DNA of 64,000 nucleotides, from the NCBI GenBank assembly GCA_049840735.1, contig JASGJN010000022.1, positions 704,001 to 768,000 of the forward strand. The letters run 5' to 3'. The translations under genes and the position numbers were made by a program. Each line of letters starts with the position of its first letter. The first letter of the stretch is position 1. The notes under the pieces were generated by a model. That model had not been told where the DNA came from, ran no database searches, and saw only the letters and a program-made list of their open reading frames with translations. The DNA is from Anaeromyxobacter sp. (GTDB lineage: Bacteria > Myxococcota > Myxococcia > Myxococcales > Anaeromyxobacteraceae). Below are positions 9,215 to 20,200 of this stretch, piece by piece.

Positions 9215-9743
9215 ATGGACGCTCGCACGCAGGAAGCGCTGGACCGCTTCGAGCGGTTCCTCCACCAGAAGGATCTTCCGCCTCACCGAGGCGCGAGCCG
9301 CCATCGTGGAGGCCGCCCTCGCACGCCAGGGCCATTATCCCATCGAGGAGCTGATCTCGGACCTCAAGAAGCGGGGCATCCGGGGCTCCAAGGCCACCGT
9401 CTACCGCACGCTGCCGCTGCTGGCGGAGTGCGGCATCGTCGAGGCGGCCATCGTGGCAGGCGACGCCAAGAGCTACGAGACCACCTTCGGCCGCCACCAC
9501 CACGACCACCTGCTCTGCGCCCGCTGCAACAAGGTGGTCGAGTTCGAGTTCGAGGCCTTCGAGATCCTGCAGAAGGAGGTGGCGGCCCGGTACGGCTTCC
9601 GCCTCGACGGCCACCACCACGAGCTCATCGGGCTCTGCGGCGACTGCCTCGCGCGCGAGGGACTCTCGCCGCCCACGCCGCCGCCGGCCGCCAACTCGCC
9701 CGGCGAGGGCGGCGGCGGGACGTCCGAGTCCGGCGTGGCGTAA
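9215..9743 (+). CDS. Fur-family metalloregulator (one extra base at ~9276, likely sequencing error)
   Basis: MDARTQEALDRFERFLHQKD joins LRLTEARAAI...SKATVYRTL...HHHDHLLCARC...GLCGDC after removal of one T. Confidence 0.9.
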
Positions 9744-9759
9744 CGCGGCCCGCGGGGCG

Positions 9760-9798
9760 CCCTTCGACTCCGCGCCGCTACGCTCAGGGCGAACGGCC
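9760..9798 (+). repeat. REP-like repeat family A, copy 2
   Basis: CCCTTCGACTCCGCGCCGCTACGCTCAGGGCGAACGGCC between convergent genes; overlaps the methyltransferase stop codon. Confidence 0.85.
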
Positions 9799-11664
9799 GT
9801 TCTCGACACGGACCAGCTTCCGTGTGATCGACTCGGCATGCGCCAGCCGCGCGGCCACGCGCTCGAGCAGCGCGTGCCTCCGCCCCTCCGCCTCCGCCCG
9901 CGGCAGCCCCAGCGCCGAGGTGACCAGCTGGTCCAGCTCGCGCTGCGCGGGGCGGGCCAGCATGGCGCCGAGGTCGGTCGTGACCGGGGCCTCCGCCAGC
10001 GCGCCCCAGAGCGCCGCCAGGTCGGAGGCGAGCGGGGCCAGCGCGGCGGGCGGCGGCAGCGGCGCGGCGGCCAGCACGCGGCAGTCCACGTCGGCGATGG
10101 CCTGCGCGCCGGTCAGCTGGCGGGCGGCCTCGTCGATGGCCAGGCGCACCGGCGTGGCCGAGAGCAGCAGCGCCACCTGCCAGTCCGGCAGCGCGCGCGG
10201 GAAGAGCGCGTGCCACTTCTTGTCCTCCCAGAGCCCGGCGGCGTTGAGGAAGGCGAAGGCGCGCGCGCCGATCTTGGCGGGGTAGAGCACCGGCGCCGGC
10301 CCGCGCCCGGGGGCGAGCCGCCACCACGGGTTGCGCCCGGCGCAGGTGGCGCGGCGGTGCACGCCGGCGGCCTCGCCCTGCGCCAGGTACCGCCGCGCCG
10401 CCGGGGTCTCGCGGGCGGGCCGGAAGAGGAAGCTGGCCGGCTCCGCGACCGCCGGCGCCCGCGCCTCCTTCAGCGAGGCGAGCAGCGGCACCACCTCGCC
10501 GGCCCCCAGCGCCACCTCCCCGCACAGCGCGGAGCGGAAGCGCCCCGGGCCCGAAGGGCGCAGGTGGAAGAACGCGTTGCAGCCGGTCTTGGTGCCGAAG
10601 CGGACCTCGCACAGCTCGCCCAGCGGGACCGCGCCGCGCGGGGTCGCGCTGCGCCGCAGCAGCCGCACGCGCGGACCGCCGGCGCCGCGGGCCAGCGCGC
10701 ACAGCTCGGCGTCGGCCAGCCCGGCCAGCGGGACGGTGGCCTCGGCCTCCGGGCCGTCGGTCCCGCCCTCCGCCCAGACCACCAACCGCGTGTCCACCGA
10801 GACGGCGAAGGAGCCCGCCACGCGGGAGCGCAGGCGCAGCACGAAGCCGCCCCGGGCACGGGCCTCCGCGCCGAGCGGCGCGGCCGAGCGCGAGGTGTCG
10901 AGCGCCCGCGGCCAGACCAGCGCCGCCACCGGCGCGCGGCGCAGCGCCAGCAGCGCGAAGTGGGCCGAGAGGTCGGCCTGGCGCGGCAGCCCGGAGGCCT
11001 TCACCGCGGCCGCCTTCTCGCGGCCGGAGAGCCGCTCGTGGCGCAGGAAGGGCGGGTTGGCCAGCACCAGGTCGGCCCGGGGCCAGGGCGCGGTCAGGGC
11101 GTCGGCGCGGGCGACCCGGGCGTCGGCGTCGAGGAGCGCCAGCCGCGCGCGGGCCGCCTCGGCGGCCAGCGGGGCCAGCTCCAGGCCGTGCAGCGCCAGG
11201 CGCGCCCCCACCGCCTGCCCCAGCGCGGCCGCCGCGGCGAGCAGGGCGCCGCCGCCGCAGGCCGGGTCGAGCACCACCAGCCCCTCGATCGCGCGCGCCA
11301 GCGCCGGCGCGGGCGCGCCCGCCAGCAGCGCCTCCAGCGCCTCGGCCGGCGCCGGGCCGCCGCGGCGGCTCGCGGCGTGGGCCAGCCCCACTGCGGCCAG
11401 GTGCCGGGCCTCGGCCGGGGGCGTGAAGACCGCGCCGCGGGCGCCGTTCAAGGCGCGCGCGCAGAGCGCCTCGAGGAGCCGTCCGTCGAGCCGCTCGGGC
11501 GAGGGGTCGCGCTCGGAGCCCACCGGCAGCGCGCGCAGCGGGCCGCCGCGCTCGCCCCGCAGCCGCGCCGCCGCCGCCTCCAGCTGCGCGGCCGGGTCGA
11601 GCCGCTCCAGCGCGGCCAGCGCGGCGGCGTGGGCGGACGCGGCCGGGCGCGCGGAGGAGGTCAC
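9784..11664 (-). CDS. SAM-dependent DNA amino-methyltransferase (TaqI/Eco57I-like, gamma order), no adjacent endonuclease
   Basis: GAVFTP (motif X-like), VLDPACGGG (motif I), LANPPF (motif IV), ADLSAHF, and LGELCEVRFGTKTGCNAFF in a C-terminal TRD-like region; start uncertain. Confidence 0.8.
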   Translation of the reverse strand: MTSSARPAASAHAAALAALERLDPAAQLEAAAARLRGERGGPLRALPVGSERDPSPERLDGRLLEALCARALNGARGAVFTPPAEARHLAAVGLAHAASRRGGPAPAEALEALLAGAPAPALARAIEGLVVLDPACGGGALLAAAAALGQAVGARLALHGLELAPLAAEAARARLALLDADARVARADALTAPWPRADLVLANPPFLRHERLSGREKAAAVKASGLPRQADLSAHFALLALRRAPVAALVWPRALDTSRSAAPLGAEARARGGFVLRLRSRVAGSFAVSVDTRLVVWAEGGTDGPEAEATVPLAGLADAELCALARGAGGPRVRLLRRSATPRGAVPLGELCEVRFGTKTGCNAFFHLRPSGPGRFRSALCGEVALGAGEVVPLLASLKEARAPAVAEPASFLFRPARETPAARRYLAQGEAAGVHRRATCAGRNPWWRLAPGRGPAPVLYPAKIGARAFAFLNAAGLWEDKKWHALFPRALPDWQVALLLSATPVRLAIDEAARQLTGAQAIADVDCRVLAAAPLPPPAALAPLASDLAALWGALAEAPVTTDLGAMLARPAQRELDQLVTSALGLPRAEAEGRRHALLERVAARLAHAESITRKLVRVENGRSP

Positions 11665-11737
11665 GTGGCGCTCGGTGCCGCGGCTGGGATCACGCGGGGA
11701 TTGTACACGGGCCTGAGGTCTGGGGCCTGAAGCCCGC

Positions 11738-12079
11738 TCAGGCCCGCGCCCCGGCGCGCGCGCGCGGGTCCGGCACGAGCCGCGGCGCGTGGCGGGCGCT
11801 GGGCACCAGCGCCAGGCCCAGGAGCAGCAGCCCGGCCGCGAACTCGGCACCCGACGCCGCAGGCTCGGGGGCGGCGTGGCCGGTCCAGGCCAGCCAGGCG
11901 GCGGGGAGCGTCAGGGCGAAGCGCGCCGCCGGCCACTCCAGCGCCGCCAGCGTGCCGATGCAGACCAGCAGCCCCAGGGCCACGTCATGGAGGATGGGGC
12001 CGATCGCGGAGTAGCCGAGCAGCGCCGGGGCTGCCATCAGCCCCAGCCCCACCGCGAAGCTGCCCCAGCGAGCGTACAT
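11738..12079 (-). CDS. Small membrane protein, SPW-repeat-like
   Basis: Four hydrophobic segments; LGLMAAPALLGY resembles SPW repeats. Confidence 0.6.
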   Translation of the reverse strand: MYARWGSFAVGLGLMAAPALLGYSAIGPILHDVALGLLVCIGTLAALEWPAARFALTLPAAWLAWTGHAAPEPAASGAEFAAGLLLLGLALVPSARHAPRLVPDPRARAGARA

Positions 12080-12332
12080 ACGGGATCAAGGTATCCGTGT
12101 GGCAGGGGACCGCAACAGCCCCGGTCACCTGCCTGGTCGCCCTCTTGGGGAGCGCCGCGGGGGGCAGGCCGCACGCAACCCCAGTTATCCCGCGGGTCTG
12201 CGGTTGCCGGGCGCGGCCGGGACCCGGAAACTGGCGGAGTCAGAATCCCCCGGCTAGGATGCACTCGCTTGCCGGGAACAGGGGGCTCCGATGCCTCGCG
12301 CCCGCTCGCGCAACCGCCGCACGGAAGCCTCG

Positions 12333-12596
12333 ATGACCTACGCCGACGAACGCGTCGCGGCCGAGATGGGCCGCGTGCTACTCGCCCTCTATCGCGCCGG
12401 GATGCAGGTCCGGGTCTGGCCCGACGCCATGAACGGCCGGGCCGGGGCGAAGATCGTGGCGGGGCCCTCAGCCAAGAAGCGCAAGGCCGAGGTGAAGTCG
12501 GCCACCGGCTCGGGCGAGTCGCCGCTGGCCGCCATCTACGCGGCGGTGGAGCGGATGAACGAGCGCGCCGGCGCGATCGTGGTGCGGCTGGACTGA
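12333..12596 (+). CDS. Hypothetical protein (87 aa)
   Basis: Coding-like GC3 bias; MTYADERVAAEMGRVLLALY...; no family recognised. Confidence 0.7.
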   Translation: MTYADERVAAEMGRVLLALYRAGMQVRVWPDAMNGRAGAKIVAGPSAKKRKAEVKSATGSGESPLAAIYAAVERMNERAGAIVVRLD

Positions 12597-12608
12597 GCGG
12601 GGCGGGGC

Positions 12609-12897
12609 CTACCCGAACAGCTTGTCCAGGTGCTGCTCGATTCTTGGTCTGCAGCTTCTCGCGCATGGCGTGCGGGACCATGATCGGGAACTTGAGCTCC
12701 ACCGTCACCTGCTCCGGCTTCACCTGGTAGGCGCCGTGCACGCCCATCTTCGAGACCTTGCCGGTCTTGGCGTCGCCGTCGCGGTGGTAGTGGAGCGAGT
12801 ACTGGTTCGCGATGTCCTCCATCAGCTCGTCCACCTTCTCGTAGATCTCGTCGGCCGAGCGGTTGGGGAAGGTGCGGTGGATGGTGTGATGGCTCAT
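12609..12897 (-). CDS. Polyhydroxyalkanoic acid system (PHA_gran_rgn-like) small protein; extra A at ~12641
   Basis: MSHHTIHRTF...VTVELKFPIMVPHAMREKLQTK joins IEQHLDKLFG* after removal of one A; start overlaps the queC stop. Confidence 0.7.
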
Positions 12898-13610
12898 CGG
12901 CTCTCCTGGGCGCCCTTGGCGTAGCGGGTGGGATCCGGGATCCCGGCCTCCTCGAACCCCTTGCGGCGCAGCTGGCACGCGTCACAGCGGCCGCAGGCGC
13001 GCCCGCCGATCGGATCGTAGCACGTGAGGGTCAGGCGGTAGGGCACGCCGAGGCGGGTGCCCAGCTTCACGATGCCGGCCTTGGACAGCTTGATGAGGGG
13101 CGCCTGGATCCGCAGCGGCCGCCCCTCCACGCCGGCCTTGGTGGCCACCCGCGCCAGCTTCTCGAAGGCGCGCAGGAAGGCCGGGCGGCAGTCCGGGTAC
13201 CCGGAGTAGTCGATGGCGTTCACGCCCACGAAGACGTCCTCGGCCCCGATGGTCTCGGCGTGGGCCAGCGCCAGCGCCAGCAGCACGGTGTTGCGCGCCG
13301 GGACATAGGTCACCGGGATGTCGGCGGCCATCTTCTTGGCGCTGCGCCCCTTGGGGACGGCGATGGCGCCGTCGGTCAGGGCCGAGCCGCCGAAGGCGGA
13401 GAGGTCCACCTTCACCACCCGGTGCGCCTTCGCGCCCATCACCCGGGCCAGCTGGCGCGCCCGGGTCAGCTCGCCCTTGTGGCGCTGGCCGTAGTCCACG
13501 GACAGTGCGTGGACCTCCAGGCCCTGGTCCAGCGCCACGGCCAGGCAGGTGGTCGAGTCGAGCCCGCCCGAGAGCAGCACCACCGCCTTGCGCGTCCTCT
13601 TCGCCTTCAT
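12894..13610 (-). CDS. queC: 7-cyano-7-deazaguanine synthase
   Basis: AVVLLSGGLDSTT, TYVPARN, DYSGYPDCR and TCY...CGRCDAC. Confidence 0.97.
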   Translation of the reverse strand: MKAKRTRKAVVLLSGGLDSTTCLAVALDQGLEVHALSVDYGQRHKGELTRARQLARVMGAKAHRVVKVDLSAFGGSALTDGAIAVPKGRSAKKMAADIPVTYVPARNTVLLALALAHAETIGAEDVFVGVNAIDYSGYPDCRPAFLRAFEKLARVATKAGVEGRPLRIQAPLIKLSKAGIVKLGTRLGVPYRLTLTCYDPIGGRACGRCDACQLRRKGFEEAGIPDPTRYAKGAQESR

Positions 13611-14203
13611 CCGCCCTCCTGCCCGGCCACGCCGAGCGAGTAGATCGTGGTGCACGGCAGCTGGCAGGGCGCGCAGGCGTCCGAGCCGTCGCTGGCCGGG
13701 GGCGCGTCGTGCTGCGTCTCGGTGAGCGTCCCCTCGAACCCGGTGGCGCCGCCGCCGGCGGTGCCGGTCAGCGTGCCGTCCAGCACCACCGTGGTGAGCG
13801 GCTCGCAGGTGGAGGCGCAGGCCGCGAGCACCGCGCCCTGCAGCGTCACCTCCAGCCGGACGTGGTCGCCGTCGCGCGGGCCGCGCAGCGGCGCGGCCAG
13901 CCGGTGGCCGCTGCAGAACAGCGTCTCGCCGCTGCCCTCGTCCAGCGCGAAGGTGCCCAGGATGGTGGGCACCACCGCGTCGTCCGGGTTGGGGTCCTCC
14001 GGGTAGGAGGCCGGGACCTCCCAGCCGCCCCCGGGATCCGCCAGGCAGGCGCCCGACACCAGGGGCCCGGCCAGGCGGAGCCGCGCGAAGGTGCGGCCCG
14101 GGCACCCCTCCGGCTCCCGGGGGGCGCAGCCGGCGGCGAGCGCGAGGGCGGCAACGGCGGCCAGGGCCGCGCGGCGCGCGGGCGTGGAGGGCGGCATCGG
14201 CAA
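13607..14203 (-). CDS. Cys-rich hypothetical lipoprotein
   Basis: Lipobox LAAGC and 9 Cys; stop overlaps the queC start. Confidence 0.75.
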   Translation of the reverse strand: MPMPPSTPARRAALAAVAALALAAGCAPREPEGCPGRTFARLRLAGPLVSGACLADPGGGWEVPASYPEDPNPDDAVVPTILGTFALDEGSGETLFCSGHRLAAPLRGPRDGDHVRLEVTLQGAVLAACASTCEPLTTVVLDGTLTGTAGGGATGFEGTLTETQHDAPPASDGSDACAPCQLPCTTIYSLGVAGQEGG

Positions 14204-14209
14204 GGAGGC

Positions 14210-17200
14210 CTAATCTACCGCGACCCGCAGGTCCACGAACACGTCGGAGAGCGCGAACAGCGCCAGGTCGCGCACGTCCGGCAGCTCCAGCGCCGCGGCC
14301 GGGTCCTGCGGCGCGGCCTCCATGCGACGGTCGAGCGCGGCCAGCAGCCGCAGCGCCTCGCGCGGATCGCCGGCGTGGAGCAGCCCCATGCGGTTGGCGG
14401 TGCGGCGCAGGCCCGCGGCCAGCGCGCGCGGATTGAGCGTGGCCAGCTCGGCCGAGGCGGACGCGGCCAGCGGCTCGGCGCGCTCGCGCACGGTGGCCGG
14501 CACGGTCCGCTCCAGCGCCGCCAGGAAGGCGCCGGCGCGATCCGAGGGCAGGCCGGCCGAGGGCGGCGCGCCCCCGGCGAAGCGGCAGGCCAGCTCGAGC
14601 AGGATGGTCACGTCGCCGGGGGCGAACTTGCCGGCCAGCGCCCAGCCGTGCTGGACCAGGTCCAGCGTGCGGGCCGCCACGAAGGCCAGCGCCGAGGCGG
14701 GCAGCTCGGCCACCTGCGCGGAGAGGACGATGGCCGGCGGCTGGGTGTTCTCGACCGCCACCTCGAGGCCGGGGCGGCCGGTGAGGAAGACCGCGTGCGG
14801 CCGGGCGTGGGTGGCGCGCGCGGCCGACTCCAGCGCGCTGCGCAGCTCGGGGGCGCGCGGCGGGGCCAGCCAGTCGGCCGTGGTGGCGCCGCGCCGGGAG
14901 AGGTCGGCCGGGAAGAGCGGCTCGAGCCAGGGGGCCAGCAGCGAGAGCAGCTGCGCCAGGGGGCCGCTGGCCACCGGGACGGCCACCCGCTGCCGCGCGT
15001 CGGGCGGGAGCGCCGCGACCGCCGGCGCCGGCGGCGGCGCCATGGCGCCCACCGGCTCGACGTAGGCGGCCAGCGACGCCGCGGCCCGGCCGCGCTCGCG
15101 CAGGCGGGCCGACTGGCCCTCCGGGGCCTCGTCGGCGAGCCGCTCGCAGAGGAGCGCGGCGGCGGCCAGGGCGCTGGCGTCGGAGGGCTGGGCGCGCGCG
15201 ATGTCCAGCCAGACCTCCAGCGCGCGCGGCGCCCGCGCCGGGACGTCGGCCCAGACCACGGCCAGCTCGCGGCGGGTGTCGGTGTCCTCGGGCACCAGCG
15301 CCAGGGCCTTCTCCAGCAGCACCGCCGCCTTGTCCGGCTGATCCAGCCGCAGCCGGCGGACCTCGGCCAGATGGCGCAGGCGGGCCGCCGCGGCCAGCGG
15401 ATCGTGCGGGGCGATCACCTCCAGGCAGGCCTCGGCCAGGTCGACGTAGCGCTCGTACCGGCCCAGCTTCTCGGCCGCGCGCGCCATGTCGCGCGCCAGC
15501 GTGAGGTCGGAGGGGTCGCGCGCCAGGGCGTCGCCCAGCAAGTCGTAGGCGGCCTCCCAGCGGCCGGCGGCCAGCGCCTCGCGGCCCTGCGCGGCCAGCT
15601 CGGCCGCGGTGGGCTCCGGCGGGGCCTCGGGCCCGGACTCGGGGGCCGGCGCCGGCGCGTCGGGCGCGGTCTCCAGCGCGGGCGGGAACGCCTCCACCAG
15701 CTCCGGTGCCCGGGGGACCGCCTCGGAGGGCACGGGCTCCGGGGTGGGCTCCGGCGCCGCCTCGGGGGCCGGCGCCTCCTCCAGCGGCTCCAGCTCCAGG
15801 TCGTCGATGTCCAGCACCGGCTCGGCGTCGTCGGCCAGCTCGACCGGCGGCGGGGGCTCGGAAGGTGCGGGCGCCGCGGCCAGCTCCGGCGCGGCGGCGG
15901 GTGCCGGGGGCGGCTCCGCGGCCAGGAAGTCGGCGGCGAGGCTCTGCTCGAGCTCGGCCGCGAAGCCGTCGAGCGAGATGGGCGGCAGCTCCGGCGGCGC
16001 CTCGCCGGCGGCGGGCGCCTCCTCTGCCGGGAGGGGTCCGGCCTGGAGCGCGTCGGCGCGGGCCAGCAGCTCCGGGTCGTTCGCGGCCAGCGAGCGGAGC
16101 CAGACGCGGGTGAGCTCGCGCTCGGGGTCGGCCTGCAGCGCCGCCAGCAGCGCCCCGGCCGCGCCGGCGTGATCCCCGTTGCGCTCGAGGTGGCCGGCCA
16201 GCCGCTCGTAGAGCTCGGCCTGGCCCACGCCGGCGGCCATCTCGGCCTGGGCGCGGAGCACCTTGGCGACGGCGTCCTCGGCGCGCCCGGGGAGCGGGAC
16301 GGCCTCGCCCTCCGGCGCCGGGCCGGCCGCGGGGTGAGCCTCGGCGGGCGCCTCGGCGGCCGCGGGCGCCTCGGGCTCGGGCGGCGGCGGTGCCGGCGCA
16401 GCGGGCGCGGCCGGCTGGGCCGGGGTCGCGCGGGCCGCGCGCCGCTGCGCCTCCAGCGTGCGGAGCGCCTCGCGGGCCGGCGCGTGCGCCGGGTCGAGGG
16501 CCAGCGCCCGCGCCAGCGCGGCGTGCGCCTGGTCCAGCCGCCCGGCGTTCCAGAGCACCTCACCCTCCGTGACCGCCAGCGTCACCCGCGCCGCCAGGTC
16601 CTCTCCCAGGCCGGCGTCGCGGCGGGCCGCCAGGGCGCGCCAGGCGTCCACGTCCCCGCGGGCCAGGGCCAGCGCCGCGGCGGAGGCGAACGCCTCCAGG
16701 TCGTCCGGCTCGGCGTACAGGAGCGCGCTCCAGGCCGCCTCGGCGTCGGCGGTCCGCCCCGCGGCCTCGCAGGCGCGCGCCAGCCGGCGCCGGTGCATGG
16801 CCCGCTCGCCGGGGTGGAGCGCGTCCTGGTCGATGGCGGACAGGTGGACCACCGCGGCCTCGGCGTCGCCGGCCTCCAGCGCCTCCTCGGCCAGCGCGGC
16901 GCGGGCCGGCGCGCAGCCGGGCTGCGCGTGGATGGCGATGCGCCAGGCGCGCGCGGCCTCGCCCCGCTCGCCGGCGGCGTCGAAGAGCCGCGCCGCCTCG
17001 AGCGCGGCGGCCGCGGACTCCTGCTCGCCGCTGCGCAGCGCCACGTCCAGCAGCGCGCGCCCCGCCTCCAGGTGGTCGCCGGCCTGGGCCGCCAGGTGGG
17101 CGCGGGAGCGGAACGGCTCCACCGCGTCCGGGTCGGCGTCGGAGGCCAGGTCGAGCGCGGTGAGGAGGTCCGGCAGCGCGCCGCCGGCCGCGGCCAGCGC

Positions 17201-20200
17201 GTGCGCGTAGGCCACGAACCCGGCGCAGCGCTCGGCCGGATCCTGCGCCGCCAGGGCGCGCTCGGCGGCGGCCTGGGCCAGCGCGTGCGGATCGTCCGGC
17301 GCCGGGGGCGGCGGGGTGGGCGGTCCGGCCGGCGCCTCCGGGGCGGCCAGCGGATCGGCGAAGCGAGCCGTGGCGCCGGGCGGGAGCGCCACGTCGTCCG
17401 GCGCGGCCTCCTCCGGAGCGGCCCCGCGGCGCGGGCGCGAGCCGAGGAAGGGATCGACGAAGCGCGCCGTGGCGCCGGGCTGGGCCCGCTCGGCTGCGAG
17501 CGGCGCGGGCTGCGGCGGCGCTGCGGGCTCGGGCGCGGCGAGCGCGTCCAGCGGGGGCTCCGCCGGCTCGGGCGCGGCGAACGGGTCCTGCGGCGGCTCG
17601 GCCGGTTCGGGCGCGGCGAACGCGTCCAGTGGCGGCTCGGCGGGCTCGGGCGCGGCGACGCCTTCCACCGGGGCCTCGGCGGCCTCGCGCATCGCCTCGG
17701 CGAGCGGCTCGTCCGGCGCCTGGAACTCGTCCGGCGCGCCCTCGGCGGGCAGCTCCGGGGGCGGGGTGGGGACGGCCGCCAGGACGGGCTCCGGCTCCAC
17801 CTCCAGGCCGCCGCGCACCAGCGCCGAGCGCGCCCGGGCCGTCTCGCCCACCGCCTCCAGCGCGGCGGCGGCGCGCCGGCCCAGGTCGGCCAGCGCCTCC
17901 GGCTGGCCGGATTCGCCGGCGCGCAGGTCCAGCAGCGCGTCCAGGACCTCGGCCGCGTCTCGGCCAGGATCGCCCCAGCGCGCGGCCAGCTCGGAGCCGT
18001 CGTCCAGCGCGGCCCGCCACTCTGCGGGCAGCCCCAGCGCCACCGCGCGCTCGGCGCGGGAGCGCGCCGCGGCCAGGGCCAGGGGGCCGTCGCCGCGCGC
18101 GTCGTGGGCGGCCGCCAGCGCGGCCCAGGCGTGGCCGGCGCGGTCGTCCTCCGGCGCCAGCACCAGCGCCTTCTCGAGGTGGAGCAGCGTCTCCTCGTGC
18201 CGGCCGTCGGCGGCCGCGGCCAGGCCCAGCCGGTAGCGGGCCGGGGCCTCGGCGGAGGCGGCCACCTCGCCAGGCGCGTCGGCCGCGCGCGCCACCAGCC
18301 GCGCGTCGATGGCCCCCGCCGCGGCGTCGCCGCGGCTCTCGGCCAGGCAGGCGGCCAGCCCGGCCAGCGCGGCGGGGTCGTGCGGATCGAGGGCCAGGGC
18401 GGCCTGGTAGGCGGCGATGGCCCGCTCCGGCTTGTCGAAGGAGGCCAGCGCGTCGGCGCGGGCGCGGTGGCAGGCGGCGGCCTCGCGCGGCACCGCCCCG
18501 GCGCGGGTGGCCAGCACCGCGTCGATCCGGTCCACGTCGGTCACCGCGTCGCCCAGCACCGCCACGAAGGCGGTGTCGTCGGCAGGCCAGGCCTCGAAGG
18601 CGTGGCGCAGCGCGGTCCGGGCGCCGGCCTCGTCGCCGGCGGCGAGCAGCGCGCGGGCGGCCTGGTGCAGCCGCGCGGCGCGGGCCTCGCCGGTCAGCGG
18701 CTCGGCGCGGGAGAGGTGCAGCTGGGCCAGCTTGCGCGGCTCGCCGGCCAGCAGGCCGGCCAGCGCCGTGGCCACCTCCTCGTCGCCCGGGTCGCCGGCG
18801 AGCGAGGCCTGCAGGTGGGGCGCCGCCTCGGCGCCGCGGCCCTGCTGGACCAGGAACAGCCCTGCGGCGCGGCGCGCCGCCAGGTCGGAGGGATTGGCCG
18901 CGGCCACCGCCACCCAGGTGTCGGCGGCCAGCGCGTGATCGGCGGGATCCTCGGAGGCCCGCAGGGCGGCGGCGGCTTCGCGGCGGACCGCGACCGCCTC
19001 CTCCGGCGGGAGCTGCCCAGCGCGGGCCAGCAGCAGCCGGCCCCGCTCGGCGGGGCGCCCCAGCTCGCCCAGCACCGCGGCCAGCGCGTCGGCCGCCTCG
19101 CCGCTCTCCGGATCCTCCGAGAGCGCGCGGGACAGCTCCGCCTCGGCGGCGGCCAGGTCGCCGGCCTCGCGCCGCACGCCGGCCAGCGACACCCGCACCG
19201 CGGCCCGGTCCGGCCCCGGCTCGGCCGCGGCCAGCTTGCGCCCCAGCAGCTCCAGCAGGATGGCGGTGCCGTCCGGCCCCATGGCGCGGGCGATGGCCTC
19301 CAGCAGCGCGGCGGCCTCGGCGTCGGTGGGCTCCAGCGCCAGGGCGCGCTGCAGGGCCTCGGCGGCCTCGGGCAGCGCGCCGGCCCAGGCGTGCAGCTCG
19401 CCCGCCTCGCGGGCGTGGCCGGCGGCGGCGGAGCGGTCGTCGTCCTCCAGCGCCAGCCGCTCCAGCATGTCCACGTGGGCGGCGGCGGAGGCCAGCTGGC
19501 CGCGGTCGCGGGCGCGCGCGGCGGCGTCGGCCAGCAGCGCCTTGGCCTCCTCGCGGTCGCCGCGGTCGAGGGCGCTCTGCGCGGCCTCGTCGAGGGCCTC
19601 GGCCAGCAGGAAGGAGCGCTGGCCCTCGGCGGCGCGGAAGGCGTCCACGCGCCGCCGGGCCACCTGCGCGGCGCGGGCCGGCAGGCGGCGGGCGGCGTCG
19701 CGGGCGCGCCGGAACAGCGCGTCGGCCAGCGGCGCGTCGGCGATCTCGCCCAGGGCCGCCTCGGCGGCGGCGGCCAGCGCCTCGGCGCGGCGGGCGGCGG
19801 AGCGGCAGAGGTCCGCCTGGGCGGCCAGGTCGCGGGCGGCGCGCCCGCGGTCGGGATTCGAGCGCGAAGCGGCGCAGGGCCGCGTCCATGTCGGAGGGGC
19901 GCAGCGAGAGCAGCTCCTCCAGCGCGGCGCGCGCGAGGTCCAGGTCGCCCCAGTCCTCGGCCAGCTCGGCCAGCTGGCGGGAGACGGTGAGCGCGTCCTC
20001 CGGCGCCAGCTTCGAGAGCCCCTCCTCGAAGAGGCGGCGGTGCAGCACCAGCGCCTCGGCCGCGGAGCCGCCCACGTACAGGATGCGGGCCAGCAGCGGG
20101 CCGGCGAAGGCGAGGTCGTCGCGGGTGCGGGCGTAGGCGCGCCGGGCGCAGCGGAGCGCGCCCCCCAGGTCGCCGGCCGCGAGCGCCAGGGCCGCGCCGG

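Noticed and set aside
11661..11710. Leaderless 10-codon uORF (TACAAT-6 nt-GTG...TGA) overlapping the methyltransferase start
   Set aside because: Too short to support, and the methyltransferase start is itself uncertain.
9784..13610. queC near a DNA methyltransferase as a 7-deazaguanine DNA-modification (Dpd) or QatABCD defence locus
   Set aside because: QueC is canonical in length and motifs, and no dpdA/TGT-like, TatD or Qat ATPase gene is present; unrelated genes intervene.
17513..17658. Regularly spaced repeats as a CRISPR array
   Set aside because: In-frame coding tandem repeat without unique spacers; no cas genes in the window.
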